Shown here piece after piece: positions 29,124 to 43,590 of a DNA stretch of 64,000 nt. The stretch lies in the NCBI GenBank assembly GCA_050613775.1, contig JBODTK010000105.1:248001-312000 (forward strand), written 5' to 3'. Source of the DNA: Neocallimastix sp. 'constans' (Eukaryota). The stretch's first letter is position 1. Every line of letters begins with the position of its first letter. The notes under the pieces were generated by a model. That model worked only from the letters and a program-made list of their open reading frames with translations. It did not search any database and was not told the DNA's origin. Both the position numbers and the translations under genes were made by a program.

Positions 29124-32100
29124 TAATAAGTTTAAATTATTTATTTAATTATTTATTTATTTATAAGATTTTATAAATTGGTAATTACAAGTGTTTAACT
29201 AAGTTATTTTACATGTATTTATATTATTTGTGGCTTGATTCTAGATTAAATATTTAATTAATGTTATATTACATTTATTTATTTTATAAATATATTTATA
29301 TTTATTTAATTTATTAATATTAAAGTAAATCTAGACATTTATTATTTTAATACTCCCCCGCAAATATAATTTTTATTATAGTTATGAAATAAAAATTTTA
29401 TTTGTAAATTCTAATATTTTCTTTCCATTTAAGTCTTTGGTAAATATATCAGCAAGCGTGTTTTGGGAATCAATATATTCTAATTTTATAATTTTCTTTT
29501 CTATATAATCTTTATTAAAATGATATTTAATATCTATATGTTTTAATTTTGTATTTAATTCTCCGTTTTCAATACTTGTTTTACTTGCTAAATTATCCGT
29601 GAAAATAGTAATAGTTTTATTAAATTTTAATAATTCATATAAGACATTTTTTAATCATAAAATTGTTTTTAAACATTCTGCTGTACTAACATATTCGGCT
29701 TCGGCAGTAGAAGTTGCAACGGTAGCTTGCTTTTTAGAAGACCAGGTTAAAGGTGAATTTCTAAGTATAATAATATAACCAGAGGTTGATTTTCTATCAA
29801 CTAAATCACCTGCATAATCAGCATCAGAGTATCCTGTAATAGTTCCTATTCCGTCATAACATAATTTATAATTTATAGTATTATTTAAATATTTCATAAT
29901 ATTTGTTACTGCTTTCCAATCAGAAACGCATGGGTTTTCTGATTTTCTGGCGGCTTTATGAACAGCGTAAGTAATATCTGGTCTAGTGCATTTTGCCAAA
30001 AATATTAATGATCCTATAGCACTCTTATAAACAGTTTTATCAAATGGATCTTTATTTTCAGATATTAAATTTTTTCCTGTAAATGGCGTATTATTTCTTT
30101 TTGTATATTTAATATTAAATTTTTCTAATAATTTTTCAATAAATCCTTTTTGGGATATAATAAATTTATTTTTAAAATTTTCAATTTTAATTCCTAGGAT
30201 ATATTTGATTGGTTCACATTTCGAAATTTTAAATTTTCTTTTAATTTTATTTATTATGGATAAAATTTCATTGTCATAACCCGTAATGATCATATCATCT
30301 ACATATATTCTTATGATTGACACTAAGTCTCCATTTTTTACTTTCTTGAATATACATTTTTCTGATTTAAGTTGTACATATCCATTATTAATAAGAAAAT
30401 TTGTAATTTTAATATTCCATTGACGGCCAGATTGTTTAAGGCCATATAATGCTTTATTTAATAACCAAAAACCTTTATTATAGTTTACGTCTCCTGGTGG
30501 TATTGATACATAAATATTTTTACCTAAGTCAGCATTAAGATAAGCGGCTTTAATGTCTAATTGTTTTACGTTCCAATTAAATTTTGCAGATAAAAATAAA
30601 ATTAAATTTATACAATCCAGATTTAAAGTAGGGGAATAAGTTAGATCAAAATCAATTCCTTCTTTTTGGCTGAATCCTCTAGCTACCAAACGTGCCTTAA
30701 ATTTTGTTATTTTATTGTTTTCATCTGTCTTAGTAGTGAATACCCATTTTGTAGAGATTACGTTTTGTCCCTTTGGAATATTTTTAATAAAAGTCATTAT
30801 TTTGTTGTCATATAAATTATTTAGTTCATTCTTTATCGCATTTTTCCAATATTCTTTATTTTTACAAGTAATTGCATCATTAGAAGTTAAAGGAATATTG
30901 GTTGATATGGATACTAAATTTTTATTATTAATATTATCATTATTTTTTGTAAAATTTTTATTATTTTTATGATATTTGTTTATATGAAATTTATTATAGT
31001 CAATAAATTTATTTTTATGTTTTGTTTGAATATTTTCATTCAAATTATTATTTAACAAGGTTTGATTTTGTTCAAAATTATTTTTATTCAAATTATTATT
31101 AATTAAAGTTTGATTATTATTTTTCGTTTTTTGCTCATTTTTTTACTATGATCGAACTTGAATTATTGTTTTTTAAAACATAGTGATCATTATAATCATA
31201 GTAATTTTTGTAGAAATTATTATTTAAATTATTGTGTAAATTATAATTATTGTTAATATTTTGATAATTCTTTGTGGTTTTTAAGTTTATAGTTGGAGTA
31301 ATATTTATTTTCGTTAAAAAATTCATGTTCAACTTCCATCTTATCTTCATCATAATTATTGTCTAAATTTAATTTTTGAAATAAATTATTGACATCATTT
31401 AATTGACAATCAAAATCTTCGTCATTATTAAGTATTGTATTTATTAAATTATCATTGCTTGTTGATAGTTTTTTATTAATGAAATTGAAATTAAGAAAAT
31501 CGCAGTCAGATAACTCATTTGTTACATTTTCAGAAAGCGAAATAGTAGCTGGCTCATTTTCCATACATTGAATTTCTCTGACACGATGTAATTTATAATT
31601 TTTATAATCCATAATAAGATAACTATAAGATTCTTCATCGAATCCTAGAAATATTCCTTTATTAGCATTTGATTCAAACTTTCTTTTTTCTTGAGAATAA
31701 TTCTTGTAGTATGCTATGCAATCGAATACTTTGTTATTTTTTTAAATTAACCTTTTTGTTATAAAAAATTTCTTCAGGTATTTTATTATTGATACCGCTA
31801 TGTGGTACTTTATTATATAAATAATTTGCATAAGAGATAGCGAAATCCCAAAAATTCTCAGATAATGTGCTCCAGAATAGTAGGGTTTTTGCGCATGAAA
31901 TAATAGTTTGGTTAAATCTTTCAGTCAAACCATTATTTTCAGGACTGTATGGTGGGGAAAATATTTTTCTGATACCATTATTTTTACAAAATTCTAGAAC
32001 TTTTCTATTATTATACTCTCGACCGTTATCTGATTTGAAATATTTAATTTTGTTCTCCTTGAAAATATTATTCAAAAATTTGAAAAAGTTAATAATAATG

Positions 32101-34117
32101 TCAATTGTTTCGCTTTTGCTCTTAAGAAGGAATATCCAGCTTTTTCTAGAGAATTCATCTATAATAGTTAAAATGAATCTTTTGCCAGTGATTGATTTAT
32201 TTATGGAGCCTATAATATCAGAATGAATGACTTCCAATAGTTCAGCTGCTTTGGGAGTCTCTTGATTATGTGGAATTCTCTTAATTTTTGCGACTTTACA
32301 TTCTAAGCATTCGGGTTCACTAATATCATGGTCTTTTAAATATTTTTCAATTTCTTTGTTATAAAAATGACCTAAGCGCCTGTGCCAAGTCATTATGTTA
32401 TTATTTATTGTCATAATTTCCTTATTATTTAAAGTTTTATCGTTCTTTACATAAATTAAAAAATAGATTTGTTTCTGTCGAGAAGATATTATGTATTATT
32501 TTATTATTTGAATCTAATATTGTTAATTTTACTATGTTTTTATTATTGTTGAGTGGTTCAGTTATGGTTTTGATTCCAATTTTTGCTAGTTCTATCGCAC
32601 TAATAATATTTCTTGTTATATCCGGAGAATATAATACACGATTTAATTTTATAGTAGTATTATTTATCTTGAGTTCGTATTCTCCATAACCTTCGTATGT
32701 AATCTTTGAACCATTAGAGCATGAAAGTTCGCTTGGACTCTTTATATACTTTGTTAATAAATTTTTATTATTTGTGATGTGTTCACATGCTCCACAATCA
32801 TATAACCATTCTGTTGTTTCATCTTTATTATTAATATTGAAAATGCTTTTTTCAATATTTTTATAACATTCTTTTTGATTTTCTTCAATCAAATTTATAC
32901 TTCCTTTGGTTAGTTGGCATATTTCTTCATAATCTAAAGTGTCGATGAAATTTTCATCTTCTTCTTCTGGTTTTTCGATCTGAGCAATTAATTTATTATT
33001 ATTAAAATTATTTTTTCTGTGATTGCGGTTATAATTATAAGATTTTTTTTATTATCCTCATTTTTTGTATAATGATTGATGTTCTTTGAATTATATCTGC
33101 AATTTCGGGTAGTATGACCAAAAATTTCGCAAATGTGACAGTATCTTTTTTCTACGCAGTTTTTAATGTAATTTTTATGTAATTTTTCTTTTAATTCCTT
33201 GTTATATTTATCTTTCTTCACTGTTCTCTGTACTATATCTACTTCCATTGGATCATCTTGATAATATTGGTTATAGTCTTCTCCTCCTTCCAGATAAGCT
33301 ATCATATTTAACTTTTTGTTAATTTTATTGTACAGATCCGTTGGTTTTGTATCTTCATCAATGTCTAAATAATTTCAAAAATTTTTAGGCATTGATTCAT
33401 ACATGAATTTTATTTTTTCTCTATCAGAAATAACTTGACTGTTATTACTCAGAGTTTCAAAAATATTAAACATTTCGTCAAGAACAAAAACAATTTCTTC
33501 TGTATTTTTTACCTTTAAATTGTTTAGTTTTCTGATCCAATATCTAATGTCCGTTTCACTTCCACCATATTTCTTCTTTAATTTTTGCATGAGTTGATAA
33601 GACGACTTTATATTAATGTAGTCACGCAAAATTTCATCCTCAATGGCATTAATTAAAACTTCCCTAACAGTAGTATTTCCCTTCTTACCTTCTGCCAATT
33701 TCTCAGCATTATCTGGATATTTCTCCTTAACTTCTTTACACACATCCTTCTTTAAGTAATCTTCAAGTTCTCCAATTTTTCAACAGCTGTAGTTACCCTG
33801 AATTCCCAAACTTGGAAATTTTTTCCATTAAAAGGCTTAATTTTTTCTTGAGACATGTCGGTAGTTAATTAAAAGCTTAAATGAGACTCTTAATCTAAAA
33901 AGTTTAAATTATTTATTTAATTATTTATTTATTTATAAGATTTTATAAATTGGTAATTACAAGTGTTTAACTAAGTTATTTTACATGTATTTATATTATT
34001 TGTGGCTTGATTCTAGATTAAATATTTAATTAATGTTATATTACATTTATTTATTTTATAATATATTTATATTTATTTAATTTATTAATATTAAAGTAAA
34101 TCTAGACATTTATTATT

Positions 34118-34123
<6 letters not shown>
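29124..34123 (-). mobile_element. Ty1/Copia retrotransposon C, full length and decayed, LTR termini TA..TA
   Basis: LTRs 29124-29352 and 33896-34123. PBS 33882-33895. PPT GGGGGAG at 29353-29359. TSD ATAAT. Confidence 0.93.
29382..33856 (-). pseudogene. gag-pol: Copia C gag-pol, multiple frameshifts and stops
   Basis: Starts MSQEKIKPFNGKNFQVW; then CHICEIFGHTTRNC, WLYDCGACEH, WHRRLGH, SDNGREY, KARLVARGF, YVDDMI, YSDADYA. Confidence 0.9.
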
Positions 34124-34188
<65 letters not shown>

Positions 34189-34627
34189 TGTTAACATATG
34201 TAAACATATTTAATAAATAAATCATATAATTTTTATATAATAAAATATATACAATATTTGTATATATAAAATAACATAAATGTATATACATAAATCAATG
34301 TAAAATCGCATGACGTCATAAGATAAATCTATGTAATTAAATTATAAATTTATTTTTATTCATATAAATATAACTTTACATTAATAAATTAATGTACGGA
34401 GTTCTTTAATATAAATAAATAAATAAAATATTAATTTTTTATAAACATTCGCGTGTTTCTACTGATAGTCGGTTAATAAATTAAGAGTCTCAAAACACGC
34501 AATAATAGAGACATTATTTTAATTTAAATAAATTTAATATTACACAATTATTAATAATTAATAAATAAAATTAAATTATTAAATTAAATAAATAAGCACT
34601 ATATTAATAAAAACAAATACTTCTAAA

Positions 34628-36314
34628 ATGAGTACCTCGTCAAATCAACAGTCTAGTATAATACTAGCTGGTAGTACAAATTACGCGTTTTGGTTTGACT
34701 ACGAACAGACCGAAACAAGAAAAAGTGGGATAATAAAATACATTTATAAAGGTATATTAAACGGTGTAAATGTAAATGACCTACCAAATGAGAGAATGAA
34801 GGAGGTAAAGGAAGATGCATGCGTAAGGAGCATTATCATAAATTCAGTAAAACCTAATATACACAAAGAAATTACTGGATTACAAACAAGTTATGATATA
34901 ATCCAGAAATTAAATGGTAAATATGGAAAGTCCTATGATGACGTGGCCTATTGGATGGAACAATCACACAAACTGAAGGCCACAAAAGAAATTGAAATAC
35001 TTCCAGTTATAGAAGATATCAAAGATATTTTTAACGGGATGGAAAAAGCAGCTCTAAAATTCTCAGAAGATGTAAAACTTGGATATTTATATCAGGCAAT
35101 TCCTTAACAATATACCAAAAGATTTGTTCTAAATAAAACGGATACTTTTAACTCATTATATGATAAGATGAAGGAAGACATCGAAAAAACAGCTATGGTC
35201 TACCATTGGAATGATAGTTTAACTAAAGATGATCCTATGGATATTGACTATGCTGGAAACTTAAAAAAGAATAACAATAATTACAATAATGGTAACAAAT
35301 ACCACAATAATTATGGGGATAATAAATATAATTATAAAAAACATAATCATAAAAAAGGAAAAAACAAAATCAATAAGTTTTGTCATATTTGCAATAAAAA
35401 CAATCAATCACAACACTAAAGAATGCTGGTTCAATGGTTTAAATAAATCTAGTGCATTAAATAAGTATGCATTGGAAAATTACGATAACACCAATAAACA
35501 AAAGAAAATGAAAAATAAACCATTAAAGAAAATATCTGGTTATATTAACCAATATAATATTAATGAACAATATAACGATAATGTAGACTTTGAAGATATT
35601 CGTCCATTATTAAAGGAAAAGAAAAATATTAAACGTATAGTAGGATTAATAAATCATGGCATAGAATTGACTAAAACTATAAAAGAAAATGAAATCCATA
35701 ACATAAATTTAAATAATAATGCTTGTTCTATTAATAACTTCAATAAATCATACTGGTTATTTGATTCCGGAGCAGGAGAACATTTAACTAACAATATAAA
35801 TTTATTAAAGAATTTTAAAGAAGAAAAAATAACATTAAGATGTGCAAACAATACTATATGCATATTTGAAGGTTATGGAGAATTTACTTTTAAGATTAAC
35901 AGTCATAAAATTAACTTAAAGCGCGTCCTCTATTCGAAAGATGTGGTGAAGAACATTATTAGTGGCAATGAGTTAATAAAATTAGGAATTATAGCAATTA
36001 CAGAGCCAACTAATAATGATATGGTTAAACTGACTCTTAAGGATCTTGGAGGTGATGTTATTGGAACATTTCATTCAAATGAATATAATGAAATTATTAT
36101 TGCAGCTAATCATGATAATGAAATGGAATATTCAACAAATAAAAATATCTTCACAGCAAAGAAAATTAACGAAGAAAGCAGAATAATATGGCATCGACGT
36201 TTAGGCCATTATTACTTAGATGATTTACCAAAGTTTCTTGAATTACATAATATAAAGGAACCACTTTGTGAAGACTGTAAAATATCAAAAATGAAAAGAA
36301 GTCCTCATAACAAA
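34628..36314 (+). pseudogene. gag-pol: Copia D gag-protease-integrase N-terminus, truncated
   Basis: LAGSTNYAFW, DDPMDID, CHICNK..H..KEC, WLFDSGAGEH, WHRRLGH..CEDCKISKMKRSPHNK, then an abrupt switch to Gypsy LTR sequence. Confidence 0.88.
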
Positions 36315-36940
36315 TATGTTGCTACACATATTTGTTTTATATCAGAAATGCCCTCGCTAAAATAGGTGATTACTAGTGAAATTGAAATTTATCTCTATAC
36401 GAGAACAATTCTCAATTGAATCTGTAAATTAGCTACAAATTCAATAATAAGCTGAAATGATCATAGTTCAAATAAGGAAAAATATAAAATTAAAAGAAAT
36501 TTTATATTTTTGTGAATAATTATTAAAATATGTATTAATGAAGATTAATTGTATTATTTGAAAATTTTATAAAATTTTTAACTCAATTTTTGAAAATTTT
36601 TCATTAATAAAAAAAAAATTTTTTTTTTTAAAATAATTATATATAATTTTGATATTATAATAATTGAATAATATATACAATTATTAATAATTAATTTTGA
36701 ATTTTAATTTGGAAATGTAATTTTAGAAATTTATTTTGAAATTTTGAAATTTCAATTTCGAAAATTTAAAAATAAAATTAATTATGAAATATATATAAGT
36801 TAAATGTCCTATTAGCATAAATATGAATAATATTTTGCTATTTTAACAGTAAATATTAAAATGAATTGCTGAAATTTAAATTTAAAATTTTGAAATTTAT
36901 TATTATTTATTATATTTTTGTATTTATAATTGATTTTTAC

Positions 36941-39900
36941 TTATTCTCTATAAGGTAGGATATTTTTAATATGGATATTTCTTTTTAATATTACTCCTGA
37001 CCTATCTTCTTGTAGTTTCACCGTATTCCAAGTTATTCCCTTTATCGTATTAGGGCCAATGTAGTATGGGTCTAATTTTTGTCTTTGAAATAATTTAATC
37101 TTTACCTTATCACCAACTTTATACTCAGGAAGTTTTTCCATACTTCTTTTCGCTTTTCTTCTAGTCTTCCATTAATTAATTGTACCTAATTTTTTGTTTG
37201 CAGCATCCTTTACCCATTTAGTATGTTCCAAAATTCTTTCAATTAATACTTCGTCAATTGAGCATTCAACAGGTTCCTCCAAAGAATTCAATAAGGTAAT
37301 TTCAGTAGGAAGTAAATCTTCTCTTCCATATAAAAGTTCAAAACTAGAGTATCCACTAACAGAGGATTTTGCCGTCCTTATAGCCCATAAAGCCAACGGT
37401 AACAGAGTATCCCATTCGTCGTTCTTACCAGCAAAATTCCTTAATTGTTTTCCTATTTCTCGGTTTCTATTTTCCACTAAACCATTAGAAGGTGGATGAT
37501 AATTGGTAACAAAATGAATGTAAACTCCATATAAATCTAAGAAAATTTTTGTATAATCACTGTTCAATTGTGGTCCATTATCCATATTAATTATTTGGGG
37601 TAGTCCATGCCTACTAAACACATTCACTAAGAAATCAACCACATCTTGAGAAGTAACAGAAGGATAAGCTTCTGCTTCAGTCCATAAAGTGAAATAATCT
37701 ACACAAACAATTATATATTTATTACCTTTAGTAGTAGTTTTTAAAGGTCCAATAATATCTAGGCCCATTCTAACAAAAGGAGCTTCTACAGGAGTTCGAA
37801 ATATTTCAACCAAATTAGAAAGGGGCTCAGATCTATTAAGTTGACATATTTTACAAATAGATATATATTTTTTATATCTAAAATCATATTTTTCCAATAA
37901 TAATTTTTCTTAATTCTATCATACGTCTTTTGTAACCCCTCATGGCCGATTCTATGAGCCATTCCGATAATTTTTATCTTTTCCAGATAATCATCTATCA
38001 CTCGTCTTAGTTTATCTTTATCTCTAATATATGTTTTATCATCTATAGTAACAATTCTATCTTTTAAAAACTTTTTCATGAATTCAGAGATATATTTTTC
38101 ATTTTCGGCTTCATCCAAAAAGTTTGATTGATCATTTTCATTATTGTTATTACCAATAATTTCTACGTTATTTTCATCAACAATATTATTATTATTTTCA
38201 ATATTGTTTCCCAAATTATTATTATTTTTAACAATAGCATTTACTACAATATTTTCTTTTTTTCTAATGCGAGATAATGCATCAGCAATAATATTCCTTT
38301 TCCCTGGTTGGTAGACAACTTTTACTTGTAGTTGACTGAATAAATCACACCAACGAGCGTGTTTACTAGTGTTAGGTTCGCATTTCATAATGATAGGGAC
38401 TAAAGGTTGATGATCTGTATACAGTATTGTCTGAAACGGATTACTTAATATATATTGTTTGAATTTATTGACACAAAAATATGCCGTAGTACCTTCTAAC
38501 TCTGTTATTGGGTAATTAAGTTCTGACTTATACAGGGAACGACTAATATAAAATACTGGTTGTTCTACTTCATCATTATATAGTTGCAATAAAACACCAC
38601 CAATTCCTTGATAACTAGCATCAGTGCGTATAATAAATGGTTTATCATAACTTGGATAACACAAAATAGGTGCTTGACAAAGAGCTTCCTTTAATTTTTC
38701 TATGCTAGTAGTATGCTCATTAGTCCATTTAAAAGTAGAATTTTTCCTTAGTAATTTGCATAACGGGAAAGTTAATGTAGCATAATTTTCAATAAAATTC
38801 CTATAGTAACCCACCATTCCAAGAAAAGAACGTAATTCCGTAATATTAGAAGGATTATCTAATTTCTTTATATCATCAATCTTCTTTTCTAGTGGTAATA
38901 ATCCTTTGTTTGAAATCGTATGTCCTAAAGCCTCCACTTCAAAGACACAAAAATGACATTTCTCAATGTTCATTTTTAATTTAAATTTTTTGAGAATTTT
39001 AAATACATTTGCTAGGTCGATTAAATGTTGTTCAATGGATGGTGAATAAACAATAATATCGTCTAGATAAATTTGAACACATTTATTAATTAAGTCATAG
39101 AAAATCCTATTCATTTCGCGTTGGAAGGTTGCCGGAGCATTAGTCAATCCAAAAGGCATTACCTTAAAGTAATAATTTCCAAATTTAGTTGTAAAAGAAG
39201 TAATTTCTTGGTCGCTTTCATACATGGGTATCTGGTGATACCCACTAAAAAGATCAATAGTAGAAAATATTACTGCATCTTTTAATGCATCAAAAATTTC
39301 TTGAATTATAGGGATGGCATAAGCATCTTTTTTTGTTATTTTATTTAATAACCTATAATCTATGCACAGTCTCCATCTACCATTTTTCTTTGGTACTAAA
39401 ACAATAGGTGAAGACCAAGGTGAATGAGAAGGTGAGATTAATCCTTTGTCTATTAATTTTTTTAATTCTTCTTTTAGTGCTGAAAGTTGCACCTGGGAGA
39501 TCCTATATGCCTTTTGTTTTATTGGCTTGCTACCTTCTAGTAATTCAATATGATGAGGTAGCAATTTGGATGGTTCTAAATCATCACTAGATATAGCTAT
39601 TACATCTGAATATGAAGTTAATATGGATTTAATTTCATTTTTAAAATTTCAATCTTTGATATCTATATTGCTGATTAATTCTTCCAAAATTTTATTTTTA
39701 TTAGTTGTATTAATTTTATTGGTACTAATTACATTATTAATACTAGTATTATTCTCTAATATATAACAAAACATACACTGTGTATGAAGTTCATGTACAT
39801 CTTCTAAAGGAACCAATGGGACCGCACTAAAGGTAAACACACCATTAACATTATTAATACCACTTTTTACGTATAAATATTTACTATCTGCATCTACTAA

Positions 39901-41150
39901 TAATTTATAATCTGCTTGAGTTTTTAAATTAATTATTATATCAAATATTGAGTCATCATTATCAAATACTCTAAAGACTGCATTAATTTTTAGAGTACCA
40001 ATTTGTACTTCTAATTTTACCATTTCATAAACACGTTCTTCCGTATTAGATAATGCCTGATGCACTCTACCAGAAGTAGAACCAACTATGGTATAATTTT
40101 TAATATTTTTATTTAGAAAATTTCTGGTTACCAAATTTGTATTACTACCACCATCAATTAATACAGCAGCAGAATGACCATTAACCGTACCATTGACAAT
40201 AGCAATATCGTGTTCTTGAATTTCTCTTGTAGCGTAGCAGTGGGTAGGATTATTTACTATTTCAAATTCTTCTATATCATTATGATATTCTGCACATCCT
40301 ACCACTGCATCATCATCCTCAGTTCTTTTTAAAACTTTTAGTGATATCTGAACGTAGGGCACTATTTATACCTATTAATTGATCCAAAGTAATATTTGCT
40401 GGGGTATTTTGTAATTCTTCTATAATATCATAAGGTTCAATACCCTCTAATAATTTAATGATTTGGCCTACCCTAGTAGTTTTTTTTTTTTTTATTATTT
40501 TGTTCCAATATTTTTGTACTATTATTTTTATCGTTAAATTTATTACCAATATTAGATGCAGGTATATTTAATTCCACTGAATCTATGTCAATTTTGTTTT
40601 CCAACGTGTCATTTTTATTATTTTTATTATTTTTATTATTTTTATTATTATTATTATTATTTATATTATTACTATTATTATTATTATTATTATTTGTAGT
40701 CAAGTTGGATGTATCATTATTGATATTATAATTACTTGAATTATTATTAATTAAATTTTCATTAATATTATTATTGTTATTATTTTCATTATTATTATTG
40801 CTTCCTTTATTATTAATATTATTCTTAATATTATTATTTAAATTTGGTTTTAGGATTTTACGATTTCGTAAATTGTATAAGATATTATTGTTAACATTAT
40901 CACTTATATTTAAATCGTTATTGTTATTTTCATTTATATTGTTATTGTAATTGTTATTATTTATTTTAATATTATTATTGTTTTTATAATTTCTTTTTGC
41001 CTTAGGTAGAGATGCATATTTTTCATCTCTACTACGTTTTGCTACAGCAATAATTGCATCATAATTATTGTTCCATGTTGCTGCAGTTATTACTGGAGAA
41101 GTGGCAATTTGATTATGGGAAGTTTGCCTTCTTCCATCATTCAGCTTTTT
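36941..41150 (-). pseudogene. pol: Gypsy pol (PR-RT-RNase H-IN), several frameshifts and stops
   Basis: LIDGGSNTN, WSSPIVLV, RLCIDYR, MPFGLTNAPATFQR, YLDDI, TDAS, ADALSR, GLDIIGPL, YHPPSNGLVE and a GPY/F-like end, in Gypsy domain order. Confidence 0.92.
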
Positions 41151-42190
41151 TGTAAATTAAAATAATTTATAAAATTTGGATCTTGTTTAATTTTGGCTAA
41201 TTCAGTACAATCCTTAACAAGATGACCAGGTTGGTTACAGAAATAGCATGTTTTAATCTGTAAACTCTGCATTCTATTTACCAAGTCATCCATTCCATCA
41301 TTATTAGGTATTTGATTGTTGTTAATTTTATAATTATTATTGTTTCTATTATTTAAATAATTATTATTTATATTATATGGGTTATTGATTCCATTATTAT
41401 TAAAATTATTTGGCATATTATGATTATTTCGATGAATGAAATTGGTAGGCATGTTCGTGGAAGTATTCCTATTGTTTCTAAAATTCAGACCATTTCTTTT
41501 CCATGAATTATTGGAATTATTTACAAGATTAGGAACAGGTTGATTCATAGGGGAATAAATGCTATAATTATTATTTCTTTCATTCCTCCTATTATTCCTA
41601 TTGTAATGTGATTCCTGTAATATTTTCTCATATTTTTCTGCTTTACTACAAGCGTCTTCTAGGGAATCACATTCCTCCATAGCTATTTTAGTATAAATCT
41701 GAGTCCTAGGTCTAAGAGCATTTTCATAATCTATAACCGAAATAGATGCTCTATCCTCTGTCTTTAGTAGGTCGTATAATTCTAAATACCTGGTATTGAA
41801 TTCATATACGGTTTCGTTTGGTTCGATAATAATACGTTTTAATTGACGTAATTTATTATCTTTTTGGTTTTCTCTCCAATACTTTTTCTTTATTAGTTTT
41901 ACACATTCATCTAATGTAAGAGGTCTATTTACTTCTGCTTCTTTTTCTTTCAACACTCTTACAATGTCGTCTTCAGCAGCGGCAATAATATAACTAAATT
42001 TATTTTCATCAGTAGTAATGCCTTCTCTCTTAAACCAGTCATTGATCCTAAATTTCCAAAGTTCCGCATCCCTACGAGATCCACCAATCCTTGGAAGAGT
42101 TTTTGTATCTACGTCTGACATAGTGCTGTTGATACTATTATAATCACTACTAATATGTTCACTACTACTACTACTACTACTACTTCTCAT
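41141..42190 (-). CDS. gag: Gypsy Gag with C-terminal CCHC knuckle
   Basis: Intact 349-aa ORF with ETVYEFNTRY and CYFCNQPGHLVKDC, lying upstream of pol. Confidence 0.88.
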   Translation of the reverse strand: MRSSSSSSSSEHISSDYNSINSTMSDVDTKTLPRIGGSRRDAELWKFRINDWFKREGITTDENKFSYIIAAAEDDIVRVLKEKEAEVNRPLTLDECVKLIKKKYWRENQKDNKLRQLKRIIIEPNETVYEFNTRYLELYDLLKTEDRASISVIDYENALRPRTQIYTKIAMEECDSLEDACSKAEKYEKILQESHYNRNNRRNERNNNYSIYSPMNQPVPNLVNNSNNSWKRNGLNFRNNRNTSTNMPTNFIHRNNHNMPNNFNNNGINNPYNINNNYLNNRNNNNYKINNNQIPNNDGMDDLVNRMQSLQIKTCYFCNQPGHLVKDCTELAKIKQDPNFINYFNLQKS

Positions 42191-43283
42191 AAAAGAAAGT
42201 TAAATATTTTTTTTTTTTTCGTTTTAATTCGTTATTGCGTTTTGGTTAAATAACTAATAATAAATACCAATAACACTTTCTATATTTATTTTATTTTATA
42301 TCCTATTCCTAGTTATTAAATATAAATTTTTTTTTTCATATATATAACTAATCTCTTATTTTATTTAAATTTTTTTTTTTTTTATAATTCTATTGTGAAA
42401 TAATTTATTATTCTACTCTTTTATTTTGTTATTGCTAACTCTATTAATATTATATACAAATAATTATTATCCTATATATAGAATAATTATATAATTTTTT
42501 TTTTTTTTTTTTTTATATAATTATTATTATTACTATTCAACTAAAATATTATTACTGAACAATTATAACTAATCCTATTTTAATAATTTTAATATAAAGG
42601 AAAATTAAAGACTTGTTCGTTTTTATTCTGGTCCGAATTCCCATTTGTCTCTAATTATATATCCCTTTTAATAATTTAAATGAGTTTTGTGTTATTTAAT
42701 GATTTATTATTATTAATTATAACCAGCTCAATAACCAATTATAAAAAAAAATAAAATATAATATTTAATATGTATAATTAATCCTCAAATTTATTTATTT
42801 TTTTTTTTTAAAACAATATAACAACACTATTGCACATCCCCGATATCTCCACCAATTTTTGATATGCGGGACTTTTATGTGCAATAATTTATAAGCAGTG
42901 GGTTTTAAATAATGGTAGTTTAGTAAATTTTATTAATAATATTATAATATTCGTACAATTAAAATAATAATTCTAATTCCTAAAAATTTACAAGCGAGTT
43001 CTCTATTTCTAATATAAATAATCTAATCTATTTATAAGAAATAGGTAATATATTAATTATATATTCTAATATATAGAAATATATAAATTTTATATGAATT
43101 AAAGTATTATAATTATTATTATTATAATAATACATATTGAAATAAAATAAAATAAAATAATTTATTATCAAAAAGATATAAATTTAATATTTAATAATTA
43201 TTATTAAATATACAAATATGTTACTACACATATTTGTTTTATATCACTATGTAATTAAATTATAAATTTATTTCTATTCATAT

Positions 43284-43541
43284 TATTAAGTTTAGGTTTG
43301 GAATACACAATAAATATTAATAAAAATTCTTAATATAATTTCAGATGAACTTATGTTTTTATTTGTTTACTTTTTTATTTATTTATTTCTTACTTCTAAG
43401 ATTATTATTTTTTTTTTTTTTTTATAGTTATATAAATTTATATTTACAATGTAATTGATAATGTATTAAAATGTATATTTAGTATTTTGTATCTAAACAC
43501 TTCCACAATATTTAACATTCCCCCTACATTAGAAATTACAT

Positions 43542-43590
<49 letters not shown>

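Larger units (their letters stand above)
36310..43246 (-). mobile_element. Ty3/Gypsy retrotransposon without chromodomain; 3' LTR truncated to ~35 bp
   Basis: 5' LTR 42860-43246 (TGATAT..ATATCA). PBS TGGTGGAGATATCGGGGAT at 42836-42854 (tRNA-Ala 3'-end type). The first 35 nt of the LTR recur at 36310-36344. Confidence 0.9.
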
